From the human T2T-CHM13v2.0 reference genome, Homo sapiens: DNA of 64,000 nucleotides. Both the position numbers and the translations under genes were made by a program. The stretch is from the NCBI RefSeq assembly GCF_009914755.1, contig NC_060947.1. One strand, 5' to 3'. Of the stretch, positions 27,033 to 42,491 are shown in pieces. The first letter of the stretch is position 1. Every line of letters begins with the position of its first letter. The notes under the pieces are model-generated. The model was not told where the DNA came from and did not search any database. It saw only the letters and a program-made list of their open reading frames with translations.

Positions 27033-28974
27033 ATGTTAGAGTGTAGGGGTTGCTTTTGTTACCTTTACTTTCCTTGTCATCAAAGTTAAGTCATTATCAG
27101 TTTAAAATAACCTGTTATAACTATAAGATATTTTGTAAGCCTCATGGTAACCACAAACAAAATCCTGTAATAGATGCACTATAAACAAATAGTACAGCAT
27201 CAAAACATACTGTTAGAGAAAAACACTTAAGAGCAGGAAAACAGAAAGACAGAAATGGAGAAAGGATTTACAAAAGAAAAAAACAAAAAAAATAAGTATC
27301 AAAATGGCAGTAGAAAATCCTTACCTATCAATATCATTGAATGTAAATGGATTAAATTCTTCAATTAGAATAAATAGAGTGGTTGAGTGAATTTTAAAAA
27401 ACAAGAACCAAATACATACTGTCTACAAGAAACTGACTTCACCTATAAAGACATGTACAGAAAGGGAAGGGATAGAAAAAGTGAAGAATGAAAAATATTG
27501 CAATCAAATAGACACAAAAAAAGAGCAAGAATAGATCTTTTACTAGTAACTCTTTTTTTTAAAGTAGAGTTTAAATAAAGAATGGCAAAAAAGGACAAAG
27601 AAGGCCATTATATAATGATAACAAGATCAATATAGCAAGAGACATACAATTTTACATATATATGCACTCAACCCTGAAGCAGCCAAATATATAAAACAAA
27701 TATTAATAGAACTAAAAAGAGAGATTAGCTACAATACAACAACAGTAGGGGATATCACCACCTCACTTTCAGCGATGGACAGATCATCTAGAAAGAAAAC
27801 CAAGAAATAAATTCAGAGTTAGACTGCACTCTAGACCAAATGGGCCTAATAGATATTTATAGAACATTCCATTCAGTAGCTACAAAATACATATTTTCCT
27901 CAACAGTATATGAAACATTTTTGAGGATAGACCATATGTTAGGTCCCAAGACAAGTCTTAATAAATTTTTTAAAAATGATATCATGTCAAATATCTTTTC
28001 TGACCACAATGAAATAAAATTAGAAATCAATAACAGAAGGAACACTGGAAACTAAAACTGCATGCAAATTAAACAACATGCTCCTGAACCATAAATGGGT
28101 CAGTAAAGAAATTTAAAAGGAAATTTAAAAATTCCTTGAGAAAAATGAAAATAGAAACAGAATATATCAAAAATCTATAGGATATAGCAAAAGCAGTTCT
28201 AAGAGGTGAGCTTATAGCAATAACTGCCTAAATCCAAAAAGTAGAAAGATTTCAAATAAACAACCTAATGATGCATCTCAAGGAACTAAAAGAGAAAGAA
28301 CAAACCAAACCAGAAATTAGTAGATGAAAATAAATAATAAAGATCAGAGCAGAAATAAATGAAATTGAGGCTAAAATAAGATTAATGAAATGATAGTTGG
28401 TTATTCAAAATTAAGAAGAGTTGACAAACCTTTAACTAAACTAAGAAAAAGGAGAGAAGACCAAAATGAATGAAAGCAGAGACAAAAAGGAGACGTTACA
28501 ACTGATACCACAGAAATACAAAGGATCATTAAAAAGTTTATCAACAAGGATATGCCAACAAATTGGAAAACATAGAAGAAATGAATAAATTCCTGAACAT
28601 ATACAACCTACCAAGATTGATTCATGAAGAAATAGAATATCAGAACAGACCAATAACAAATAATGAGATCAAAGCAGTAGTAAAATGTCTCCCATTAAGG
28701 AAAAGCCCAGGACCTGATGGCTTCACTGCTGAGTCTTACCGAGCATTTAAAGAAAAATACCAGTTGTACTCAAACTATTTCAAAAATTGAAGAAGAAGAA
28801 GAAATGCTTTCAAACTCATTCTAGGAGGCTAGCATTACACCGATATCAAAATCAGACAAGGACACAACAACAACAACAACAAGAACTACAAGGCAATATG
28901 CCCAATGAATGTAGACAGAAAAATCCTCAAAAAAAGCTAACAAACAATTAAACAATATATTAAAAAGATTATTG

Positions 28975-29307
28975 TACTTGGCCATAAAAAGTAATGAAAT
29001 AATGTATTTTGCAGCAACTTTGATGGAACTGGAGACCATTGTTCAAATGGAAAACCAAAATACTGTATGTTCTCACTTACAAGTGGGAGCTAAGCTATGG
29101 GTATGCAAAGGCATACAGAGTAGTTTAATAGACACTGGAGACTCAGAAGCAGGAGGATTGGAGGTAGGTGAGGGACAAAAAGTCACCTATGGTGTCAAGG
29201 TACACTATTTGGGTGACAGGTACACTGAAAGCCCAGACTTCACCACTATACAACTCATCCATGTAATTAAAAAACACTGTACATTTAAAGCTACTGAAAT
29301 TGTTTTA
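28975..29307 (+). mobile_element. Nested L1PB-like 3' end
   Basis: gtgggagctaagctatgggtatgcaaaggcatacagag...cccagacttcaccactatacaa; TSD aaaaagattattg (28962-28974) / aaaaagatgattg (29308-29320). Confidence 0.85.
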
Positions 29308-30533
29308 AAAAAGATGATTGATCATGATTATGTGGGATTCATCCCAGTGATGCAAGAATGGCTCAACATATGCAAATCAATAAATGTGGTACATCATATT
29401 AACAAAATCAAGAACAAAAACCATATCATCATTTCAATAGATGTTCAAAAAGCATTCAATAAAAGTTATCATAACTTCATGATAAAAACTCTTAACAAAC
29501 TGAGTATAGAAGGAACATACCTCAAAACAATAAAGGCCATATATGACAATCCCACAAATAACATCATAGTAAACAGAGAAAAAATAAAAGCCTTTAGTCT
29601 AAGATCTGGACTAAGACAAAGATGCCCATTTTAACTGCTTTTATTCAACATAGTAATGGAATTTCTAGCCAGAGCAATTAGGCAAGAGAAAGAAATAAAG
29701 GGCATCCAAACTGGAAAGAAAGAAGTCAAATCATCCTTCTTCACAGATGAAATGCTCCTATATTTAGAAAAACCTAAAGAATCGACAAAAAAGGGTTAGA
29801 ACTGATAAATTCAGTAAAGTTGCAGGATACAAATCAATATACAAAAATCAGTTGCATTTTTGTACGCCATCAGTGAGCATTCTGAAAAAGAAATCAAGAA
29901 AGAAATTTCACTTACGATAGCTACAAAAATACCTAGGATAAATTTACCCAAAGAGGTAAAAGAGTCTTACAATGAAAACTATAAAACTCTGATGAAAGAA
30001 ATTGAAAAGGACACCAAAAAATTTAGATATCCCATGTTCATGGACTGAAGAGTTAATATTATGAAAATATCCATGCTATCCTAAGTGATCTACAGATTCA
30101 ATGCATTTGATATCACAATATCAATTACATTCTTAACAGCATAGAATAAAATACAATGCTAAAATTTGTATGGAATCACAAAAAAAAAAACCCTAAATAG
30201 GCAAAGCAATCCTGAGCGAAAAGAGCAAAGCTGAAGGCATTACACTACGAGACTTCAAAATATTCTACAAAGGTGAAGTAACCAAAATAAGATGGTACTA
30301 GCATAAAAAACAGGCATGTAGACCAATGGAATAGAATAGAAAACCCAGAAACAATTCCCTGCATTTATAGTTTTTCAGCAAAAGCATTAAGAACATTCAC
30401 TGGGGAAAAGACAGTCTCTTCAATAAATTGTGCTGGGAAAACTGGATATCCATATACAGAAAAATAAAACTAGACCCCTATCTCTCACCACATAAAAAAA
30501 TCAAATCAAAATGGATTAAAAAATTACATTTAA

Positions 30534-32791
<2,258 letters not shown>

Positions 32792-33289
32792 AAAAAATTA
32801 AATTTAAGACCTAAAACTATAAAACTACTTGAGAAAAATCATTGAGGAAATTATCCAGGGCATTGGCCTAGATGAATATTTTTTGGGTAAGACCTCAAAA
32901 GCACAAATAGCAAAAGCAAAAATAGATAAAAGGGATTGCATCAAGCTAAAAAGCTTCTGCACAGCAAATGAAACAGTAAACAAAGTGAAGAAACAACCTA
33001 CAAAATGGCAGGAAATATTTGCAAACTATCCATTTGACAAAGGATTAATAACCAGAATATAAAAGAAACTCAAATAACTCAATAGCAAAAAAAAAAAAAA
33101 AACAAATAATAATCCAATTTGAAAATGGACAGTAATCTGAATAGACACTTAACCAAAGAAGATATACAAATGGCCAACAGGTATATGGAAAATATGCTCA
33201 ATATCACTAATCATCAGGAAAATGCAAATCAAAATCACAATGGGATGAAAGCTCATCCCAGTCAAAATGGCTATTATCAAAAAGACAAA

Positions 33290-33401
33290 CATATATATAT
33301 ATATATATATTTTATATGTATATATTATATATATATTATATATAAAATATATACATATAAAAAATATATATATAATATATACATATAAAATATATATATA
33401 T
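33290..33401. repeat. (TA)n-rich tract containing a perfect 39-bp inverted repeat
   Basis: 33299-33337 is the exact reverse complement of 33363-33401, with a 25-nt spacer. Confidence 0.9.
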
Positions 33402-34494
33402 TAAACAAATGCCATTGAAGATGCAGGGAAAGGGAAATGCCAGTACACTGTTGGTGGGAATATAGATTACTACAGCTGCTAGGAGAAACTGTATAGAGGT
33501 TCCTTTAAAAACTAAAAATCTATCTACCATACGATTCAGCAATCCCTGCTGGGTATATATCCTAAAGAAAGGAAATCAGTATATCAAAGACATATCTGTA
33601 CTCCCATGTTTATTGCAGCACTATTTACTATAGTCAAGATATGGAAGCAACCTGAGTGTCCATCAATGAATGAATGGATAAAGAAAATGTGGTATATATA
33701 CACAAGAGAATAATATTCAGTTACAAAAAAGAATGAAATACTGTCATTTTCAGCAACATGGATGAAACTGGGGGACATTTTGTTAAGTGAGATAAGCCAG
33801 GCACAGAAAGACAAATATCAAATGTTCTCACTCATAAGTGGGAGCTAAAAAAGTTGATCTCATGGAAGTAGAGATTAGAATGGTGGTTACCAGAGGCTGG
33901 AAAGGGTAGCAGGGAGGAGAAATAAAGAAAGGTATTTTAATGAGTACAAAAATGCAGTCAAATAGAACAAGTTCTAGTACTGTAGCACTGTAGGGTGATA
34001 ATTGTTAATAATAACTTATTGTATATTTCAGAATAACTAGAAGATTTGGAATGTTCTCAACACAAAGAAATAATAAATATTTGACATGATGGATATCTCA
34101 ATTACCCATATTTGATCCTTACACATTGTATGCATGTATCAAAATATCACATGTAATCCAAAAATATATACAATTATTATGTATCAAAGAATTTTTAAAA
34201 AGAAAACAGAGGCACAGAGAGATCAAGTAAATTGTTCATGATGTATTAAGAGAAGGGCTCTGGATTAGAATACAGGAAAACTGCCTCTAAACTATATTCT
34301 CATTGCTAAACTTCTTAATAGTGCTTTAGTGCAATATTAGTTCTTTGGCTAGAGTCTCTCTCCTTTCCCTCTCTCTATGGAAAGCTTGTTTATTACTCAA
34401 ATGCCAACTCAAATGTCATTTCTTCCATGAAACATTCCTCTCTCAGAATTCCTCTCTCTCCTCAGTATTCTCATCAATTTTTAAAAATACCCAT

Positions 34495-35292
<798 letters not shown>

Positions 35293-36194
35293 TCTCTGCA
35301 ATAGAAGTTACAGTATTACTACATCTGCACTAATCTTGATTTCAGTATGTGCATCCTTTACTATACTACTTGATAACACCTCCTGCATCTTTTTATTTGC
35401 ACCTAACAAATGTTATTTTGATTAAATTCACTTTAATAATGAAGAGAGGCCATGACCAGACTTGTGAATTATCAATTCATTTCTTGGCTCCTCTGAAAAT
35501 TATTGACTCTCTATCACCTATGATTAGTCCCATTCTTGTTAAAATCTTCAAAGATATCAACATCTACTGAATGTGCCCTTTTAAATCCTATGAGGATAAA
35601 GTTCAGAGGACTTAGCTAAAGACCACTCTCCAGGACTATTTTCATCTTAACAGAGAACTCATTATGAACAACCAAGTTAGCCATTGTACTACCCTTCTAG
35701 AACCAAAGAAGTTTCTACCCTCTCAACACCATCCCTTCCCGCTTCTTAATTTCAATACTGAATAAAGAAAATTTGAGGATAACTTTGTAGCTGACTTAAG
35801 GTAAAGACAGTGAGTGAATTCATATGTGAATAACTAATCTCACAACATCAAGATAGAGAGAAAGCTCTGCATGTTGAGTTGCTGCCATTGCAGTGTTGTT
35901 CATGAAACAACCTGCTTGCAGTCTCATAAAACCATTTCCTTTCAGTGCTTTCTCAAGGCTGGAAGGTGACCTTAGTGCAGAGTCATTTGATTTCCACAGA
36001 ATACATATAGCAAGAACTGCAACGCAGAGAAATCCCTGAAATAACTTGTGCTATAAACATAAAGTAGAAGCAAGAGGTAGCCCTTTATGAAATTTCTACG
36101 TAATAATGCCCAACATTATTTAATACATATTGTGGGCCAGCCCATATGTGTTAGAGATGTCTTAGCTAGTTTACCCACGTAACTACACTTTGAT

Positions 36195-36330
36195 GTGTTT
36201 TTTTAGATGAGGAAACTAAGATCTGAGGGCATGAATCGTGATCAAAGTCAGATTTCCCAAAAGTTATATAGTAGAAATCTGAGATTTGAGTACAGGAATA
36301 AATGACTGATGTCAGCATCTGAACTCAGAA
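36195..36330 (-). mobile_element. MIR fragment
   Basis: ttttagatgaggaaactaag...agtagaaatctgagatttgag. Confidence 0.55.
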
Positions 36331-37024
36331 CCTTGTTCCCTTCTAGTTCCCCACATGGAATCAGAACATGGTGGGTCTTCAATCAAACTCTCTCAATACA
36401 TATAGAGCCTGTTTAATATCAATATCATCAAATAGTTTTGAAAGTCTCACATTGAAGATAATGTTACTCCCAATGAAACCTTAAATACCTATCCAGCACT
36501 CAACACAAATGTCTTAAATACCTCTTTAGAATCCCTCATCATGTACAGCTTTGCTGAACTTACATGAATTATAAATAGAATATTGATGTATAAAAATAAT
36601 AGAAATAAGGATACAAGGAAAATATTTATCCTATTAGACAAAATGACTTAGGGTTCATGTGTTTGAGAGCATTGGAACTGATCAGTAATGTTCACTAAAA
36701 GTAACAACTATGTAAATGGACCTCTGTTCTAGAACATGTGCTTAGCCATTAATCCATATTTGTGTACACATAGACAACAATGCATATATAATTCTCTAAT
36801 TCAGACTTTTCATTACTTCAATCCAGCTTTATGTCTATTAATCCTTTTTAATCGAACTTCTAATTAAATAGTTTTCAATTGAACTATTAAACTGCTTGCT
36901 ATTTTTTACTTAAAGTAATGAATTCTGGTATGTATGTCTGTTGAGAGTAGACAGAATTTTTAATTTTGTTTGTTATTTTAAATTTTGTTTCATTCTTTCT
37001 TAGGTTAAATGCCTGTCTTTCTTA

Positions 37025-37337
37025 GGGTATCAAGGTCCTACCAGGAAACAGAGGCATGCTTAAGTATGTGGGGAGAGTTTAATGAAAGGACAATATACAG
37101 AGAGGTGGACAGGATGTAGGGAAACCATTAAAAAAAAATGGCACAGTACCCAGGGCTAGTAAAAAGGGCCTGGGCCTATTATTTATTGCTAGCCCTTGGT
37201 CCAAAGGGAGGGAGCTATTATCAAGACCTAGAGATCTATAGGGTTGTATGGGAAGGCGGCTAACAGGCCCTGCGAGAAGAAAGCTAAGAACATAAATACC
37301 CAACCTTAGTCTTCTTCCTCCTTCCAATCTCCCACTA
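37025..37337 (-). mobile_element. ERVL LTR fragment (LTR41-like)
   Basis: caggaaacagaggca...ggagagtttaatgaaaggac...tgtagggaaacca...cagtacccagggctagtaa. Confidence 0.5.
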
Positions 37338-37572
37338 CATGATGGCTTGCACCTGTAGTCCCAGCACAACATGGCGAGACTCCATTTCTATGAAAAAAAT
37401 TAAAAATTAGCTGAGTGTGGTGGTGTGCACCTGTGGTCCCATCTACTTGGGAGGCTGAGGTGGGAGAATTGCTTGAGTCCAGGTCAAGGCTATAGTGAGC
37501 CACGATCATGCCACTGCACTCCAGCCTGGGTGACAGAGTAAGACCCTGTCTCAATTGAAAAAAAAAAAAAAA
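37338..37572 (+). mobile_element. AluJ with left-arm internal deletion
   Basis: cctgtagtcccagcac is joined directly to aacatggcgagac; the right arm and A tail are largely intact. Confidence 0.85.
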
Positions 37573-37573
37573 T

Positions 37574-38123
<550 letters not shown>

Positions 38124-38334
38124 AATGCTTTTGTTGGAAAGAGATGAAGTATTAGTAAATAGTAAATTAAAAGGATATCATTGAAACTAAACGTATTTAT
38201 TTAAAAGATTTGAAACAATCTTTTTCTCATACAAATACTCCCACTCTACCAGAGATCCGGGCATTTGATTCTAAAATCAACATTATTATTTTCATGATTA
38301 CTCATCACTAATTGTGCACCTATCATGAAATTGG

Positions 38335-38680
38335 CTCTTCTACTCACTAGCTGGGTATTTAATTCTGTATACCTCGGAGCCCTAATCTGTAAAATGGAGA
38401 TCAAAATAATACATATCTCATGAGGTTGTTATAAGAATAAATGAGCTAATACATACAAAATGCTTGTATGACTGTGCCTGATCCTTACTGTTCTCAGTAG
38501 CAGCTATTATTTGAATCAATGTTAATATTACTATCACTTTGCTTTCTTTCAGTTCATCTGTGAAGATTAAATTAGCTATTATTATTCTAGTTTTACAGAT
38601 GAGAAAAGTGAAGCCCAGAGAAGTTAAGCAACTTTCTCAAGGTAATACAGCTAATCGGTGTAGAAGTCTATCTGAAGAGT
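38335..38680. mobile_element. Two MIR fragments (plus ~38335-38510, minus ~38550-38680)
   Basis: atctgtaaaatggag...aggttgttataagaataaatgag on the plus strand; ttttacagatgagaaaagtgaagcccagagaagttaag on the minus strand. Confidence 0.7.
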
Positions 38681-39687
38681 GTGTTACCAAGGACACTGTA
38701 ATCTGAATTTCGTTGATATTGATCTAAAGGAAAACATTGTTTTAACTATGTTGAAAATAGACTGTTTTGGTACATTTATTCAGTGACATTTTCATTACAA
38801 AAAGATCTCTGCTTCCAGGTTTCCTTGGCCCCATTTGTTTTCCAATTTTTCCATCCCAGGTCCTCCCTCAGCAATTATAGATTGCAGGATGGAAGAGAAG
38901 AGGGAAAGGTGGCAAACAAGCAGCAGAATCAGGCTGGAGGAGGGTGTGATGCTCTTTGCCCATTTATATCCAGAACTCAAATGTTCAACTCAGCTTCAGC
39001 AACAATTCATCTTATAAATCAGTTTGGCAGGGCATCAGCTTTAAAATCCATTACATTGAATCAAGAATGGAGTTTGCAGCTAATTTGCCGACAGGGAACC
39101 CTTACATGGCAGTGACCTTTTAAGCTAGCATAAACCAATGTTCTTGCTCGCCTCTGCTTCTCTCCACACCACTGAGTCAGTTTTGCTCCTGCCTGTTTTT
39201 TCATGTGGAAAGAAGAATTGAAATGTTTACTCTCACTCTCCTTAGAAAAATAGATATTAGCAGAATGATTACATTGTTCCTTATTCTAGATTATCTCTTC
39301 GACTTTTACTTACCACAATAGCTGTCACCAAATCATTTTTCTTAATAAGAAGAGGCTTAATAACTATTTTTTAAATGCTCATTTATTTATTAGTTACTTA
39401 AAATCTGGCTTCCCCTCACCAAAACTTGACAGAAATTGTTTCTTGGAAAACCACCCATGATACCCTAATTACCAGACCCTGAAACTTATTTTTTCTTTTT
39501 TTCTTTGTCAGTGCTTCTCCAGCATTTGACCATTTGGACTACCAATCTTTTCTTCTGAAAATCTCTATTTCCTTTGCTTCCACAGCATTCAAATATTTTG
39601 GTCCTTTATTCACCCACCTGAAGACCACTCAATATCAAGCTCTTCAGCCTCTTGTAGATAACCCATGAGCTTATTTCATTAACTTCC

Positions 39688-40174
39688 ATGGTAGACAGGA
39701 TATTGACCATCCCACAGAGGTTCATATGTCCTAATCCCTGGGATCTGCAAATTTTGCATGGTAAAAGGGAGATTGCAGATGTGATTATGTTAAGGATCTT
39801 GAGATGGGGAGATATTCCTGTATTATCCAGATGGGTCAAATGTAATCACAAGGATCTTTATTAAAGAGAAGCAAGAGGGTTAGAGTCATAGCAGGAGATA
39901 TAATATTGAAGCAGAGGTGAGAGAGGAGAGAGAGATTAGATTGCTTGCTTTGAAGTTGGTGGAAGGGGCCATAGCCAAGGAAACTGGACAATCTCTAGAA
40001 GGTGGAAAAGGCAAAGAAATAGATTTTCCCCTAGAGACTCCAAAGGGAATTCAGCCCTACCTATACCTTGACTTTAGGACTTCTGACTTGCCACACTCCC
40101 AGATGATAAATTTGTGTTATTTGGAACACTAAGTTTGTGGTGATTTGTTACAGCAGCAATAGGAAACGAATAAA
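39688..40174 (+). mobile_element. MLT1D-like MaLR solo LTR inside L2 remnants
   Basis: tgtcctaatccctgg...ttgcagatgtgatt...ttaaggatcttgagatggggagat...aagtttgtggtgatttgttacagcagcaataggaaac. Confidence 0.88.
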
Positions 40175-40349
40175 ACTGTCTTTTTCAATTTTTTATTTCT
40201 CACTGTGAAAATTCTTCCAAATTCCAGGATTGACAATTACCTTCTAGACATCCTTACCTGGATACTTCAGCAGCATCTCAAACACAACTAGTCCACCATT
40301 AAAATTATTGTCTTTCTCCAAAAATCTATTCCTCAGTGGACTTTTACAA

Positions 40350-41020
40350 CTGCATTCATTCATTTATTTATTGACTCTTTCATTAATGTATTTATTCACA
40401 AACTAATATGTTTATGAGTGCCTACATGCTGATACCACTGAGACTCTTAGAATGCAAGTGTGAACAAAATATAAAGTTTCAGCCCCAGTGGGGATGATAT
40501 TCTAGGGAAGAGATAGACAAAACCAGGAAAAAAGCAAACAAACAAATAAAATAGTTCCTGCTAGTGAAAGTTTTATGAATACTGTCAAGCAAGGTAATGG
40601 AATAGAAAGTAACGTGATGTAGGACAGGTGGGTGGTGGCTCTTTTAAATAGGATGTTCAGAGAATGTCTGTCTGAGAAGGTGATATTTGAACAGAGATCT
40701 AATTGAAGAGAAGAAGTAAGAATGAGAGTATATAGAGGACTAGCATTCCAGAAAGAAAGTACAACAAATAGAAAGGCCCTGAGACAAGAATGAATTTGAA
40801 TTGTTCATGTTCAACTGATTGCAAGAAGATGGGAGTAGACTGGGCAAAGTGGGGAGGGGTAAAAAATGGGGTCAGAAAGATAGGCAGACTTTTTTGGGTC
40901 ACGGTCATAATTTCGATTGTTATCTAAATGTGATAGGAAACCACTAGACAATTTTGAACAGGGGAGTGAAGTAAACTGATTTATAGTTTTTTTAAAAAAA
41001 ATCACCGCAGCTTCTTTATA
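40350..41020 (-). mobile_element. L2a 3' part
   Basis: cattcattcatttattt tail, gagtgcctac, ctgtctgagaaggtgatatttgaacagaga, gcattccaga...aaaggccctgag. Confidence 0.8.
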
Positions 41021-42491
41021 AAGAACAAAATGAAGACAGAAAGAAAAAGCTGTGATGATGGGGGTGATCTTCTAAAGAGGGGATAATTTCCAGAGCAAAA
41101 ATATCAGGTGGTACAGAGGAGGAGGTTTACAGTGTAAGTTTAGTCATTATTATTATTCCTTACTTTTTACAGGTGGCATAGAGAGAATATCAGTTCTGGT
41201 AGAAGAGGTTGTAGATTTGATGACAGTAAAATAGAGTATGAATATGATGAAGGATTGGAAAAGAGAAAAGAAGACAGGAAATAGACTTTTCAACAAGTAG
41301 CACAGCAACTTTACCAGCGAGAGAAGTCACATTTGCTAGGCAACAGTGATGAAGGCCCACTTAGACAGTGGTTAGGAATTCTGATAGGATTTAAGAATAG
41401 TTGAAATGAGGGTAATAGAATTATGAGCTAGAAACATAGATGACTGTGGTCATGATGTTTGAGTTCAGATTAAGGATATTTTCCAATATGAATGAGGCTG
41501 AGTAACTAGGAGTGTAGTATACAATGACTGCTAAAATAATAAACTAGGAATTGTGATGTCTGGAGCAATGCAATTCAAAGACCTGTGGCTTTTGGTGGAG
41601 AATGAAGGTAAAATGATCTGGAAGTTGCAAGGACACCTACCTTACCTTGAGGTCCTATAAGTAGCATATAAGAGGGATGCAGAAAAAAACCATTATTGTC
41701 CTTAGGAAACAGCCAGATTATAATTAAAACAAGAAGGTGAAGGGAACATTAAGAGATAAAGTAAAGGAAACAGGGGATTGTGCTGATGGCAGGCCTTTGA
41801 ATTTCAGAGGATGTGGAACTGAGGATCAGGGAAATGTGAGAGATGATATCAGACTTGCACCTGCATGGAGGTGGATGGAGAGAAAGTCTAGATGATGATG
41901 GATGACCTGGGAGATTTGGACTTCTGGTAGTAACTGATGAAAACACACATGGGAGGGAGGTTGATGGAATAGGGAGGAAAAAGAATTAGTCTTAATATGG
42001 TCTCTTAGAAGAAGATGAGGCATCAGTTCTATTGAGAGTGACAGTTGATATCAATGGCCTTCACAATGTTGAGTTGTGTTGTAAATATTGTCTTTCCTGG
42101 AGCACTCTGAGCCCCGTGGGCCTATTTTATAGTGGAGGAGGAGTCCACTAGAAACAGGTGCTTGTTAAGCTTGTTAACCTGTCTTGAATCTGGTTGAGAG
42201 TGATAGTGTTCTGGCCAAGGGATAAAGCTGATCTTACTAGGGCTTCTTGCCCGGATTTGCTTTTTGAGTCCTAGGCCTCCATATCCAACTCTCTGCTCAA
42301 CTTCTTCATTTCAATGGCTCAAAGGTATCTCAAATTCAACAAGTTCAACACAGCACTGATAATCTCCAAACTCTATACCCCAAATTTAATCCTCTTTCAT
42401 TTGTCTCCTCATGTATGGGACTATACAAATCAAAATTGAAGAGTCATCCTTGACACTCCTTTCTCCTTAACCACCGTGTCATATCTACTCT

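Noticed and set aside
28972-29634. 220-aa ORF as a novel gene
   Set aside because: Chance read-through from the nested L1PB 3' end into the host L1MA RT remnant, starting at a non-ATG codon.
36980-37005. Isolated strong splice acceptors (also ~52668 and ~52910)
   Set aside because: No convincing paired donor or open frame; T-rich tracts ending in AG are common in AT-rich DNA.
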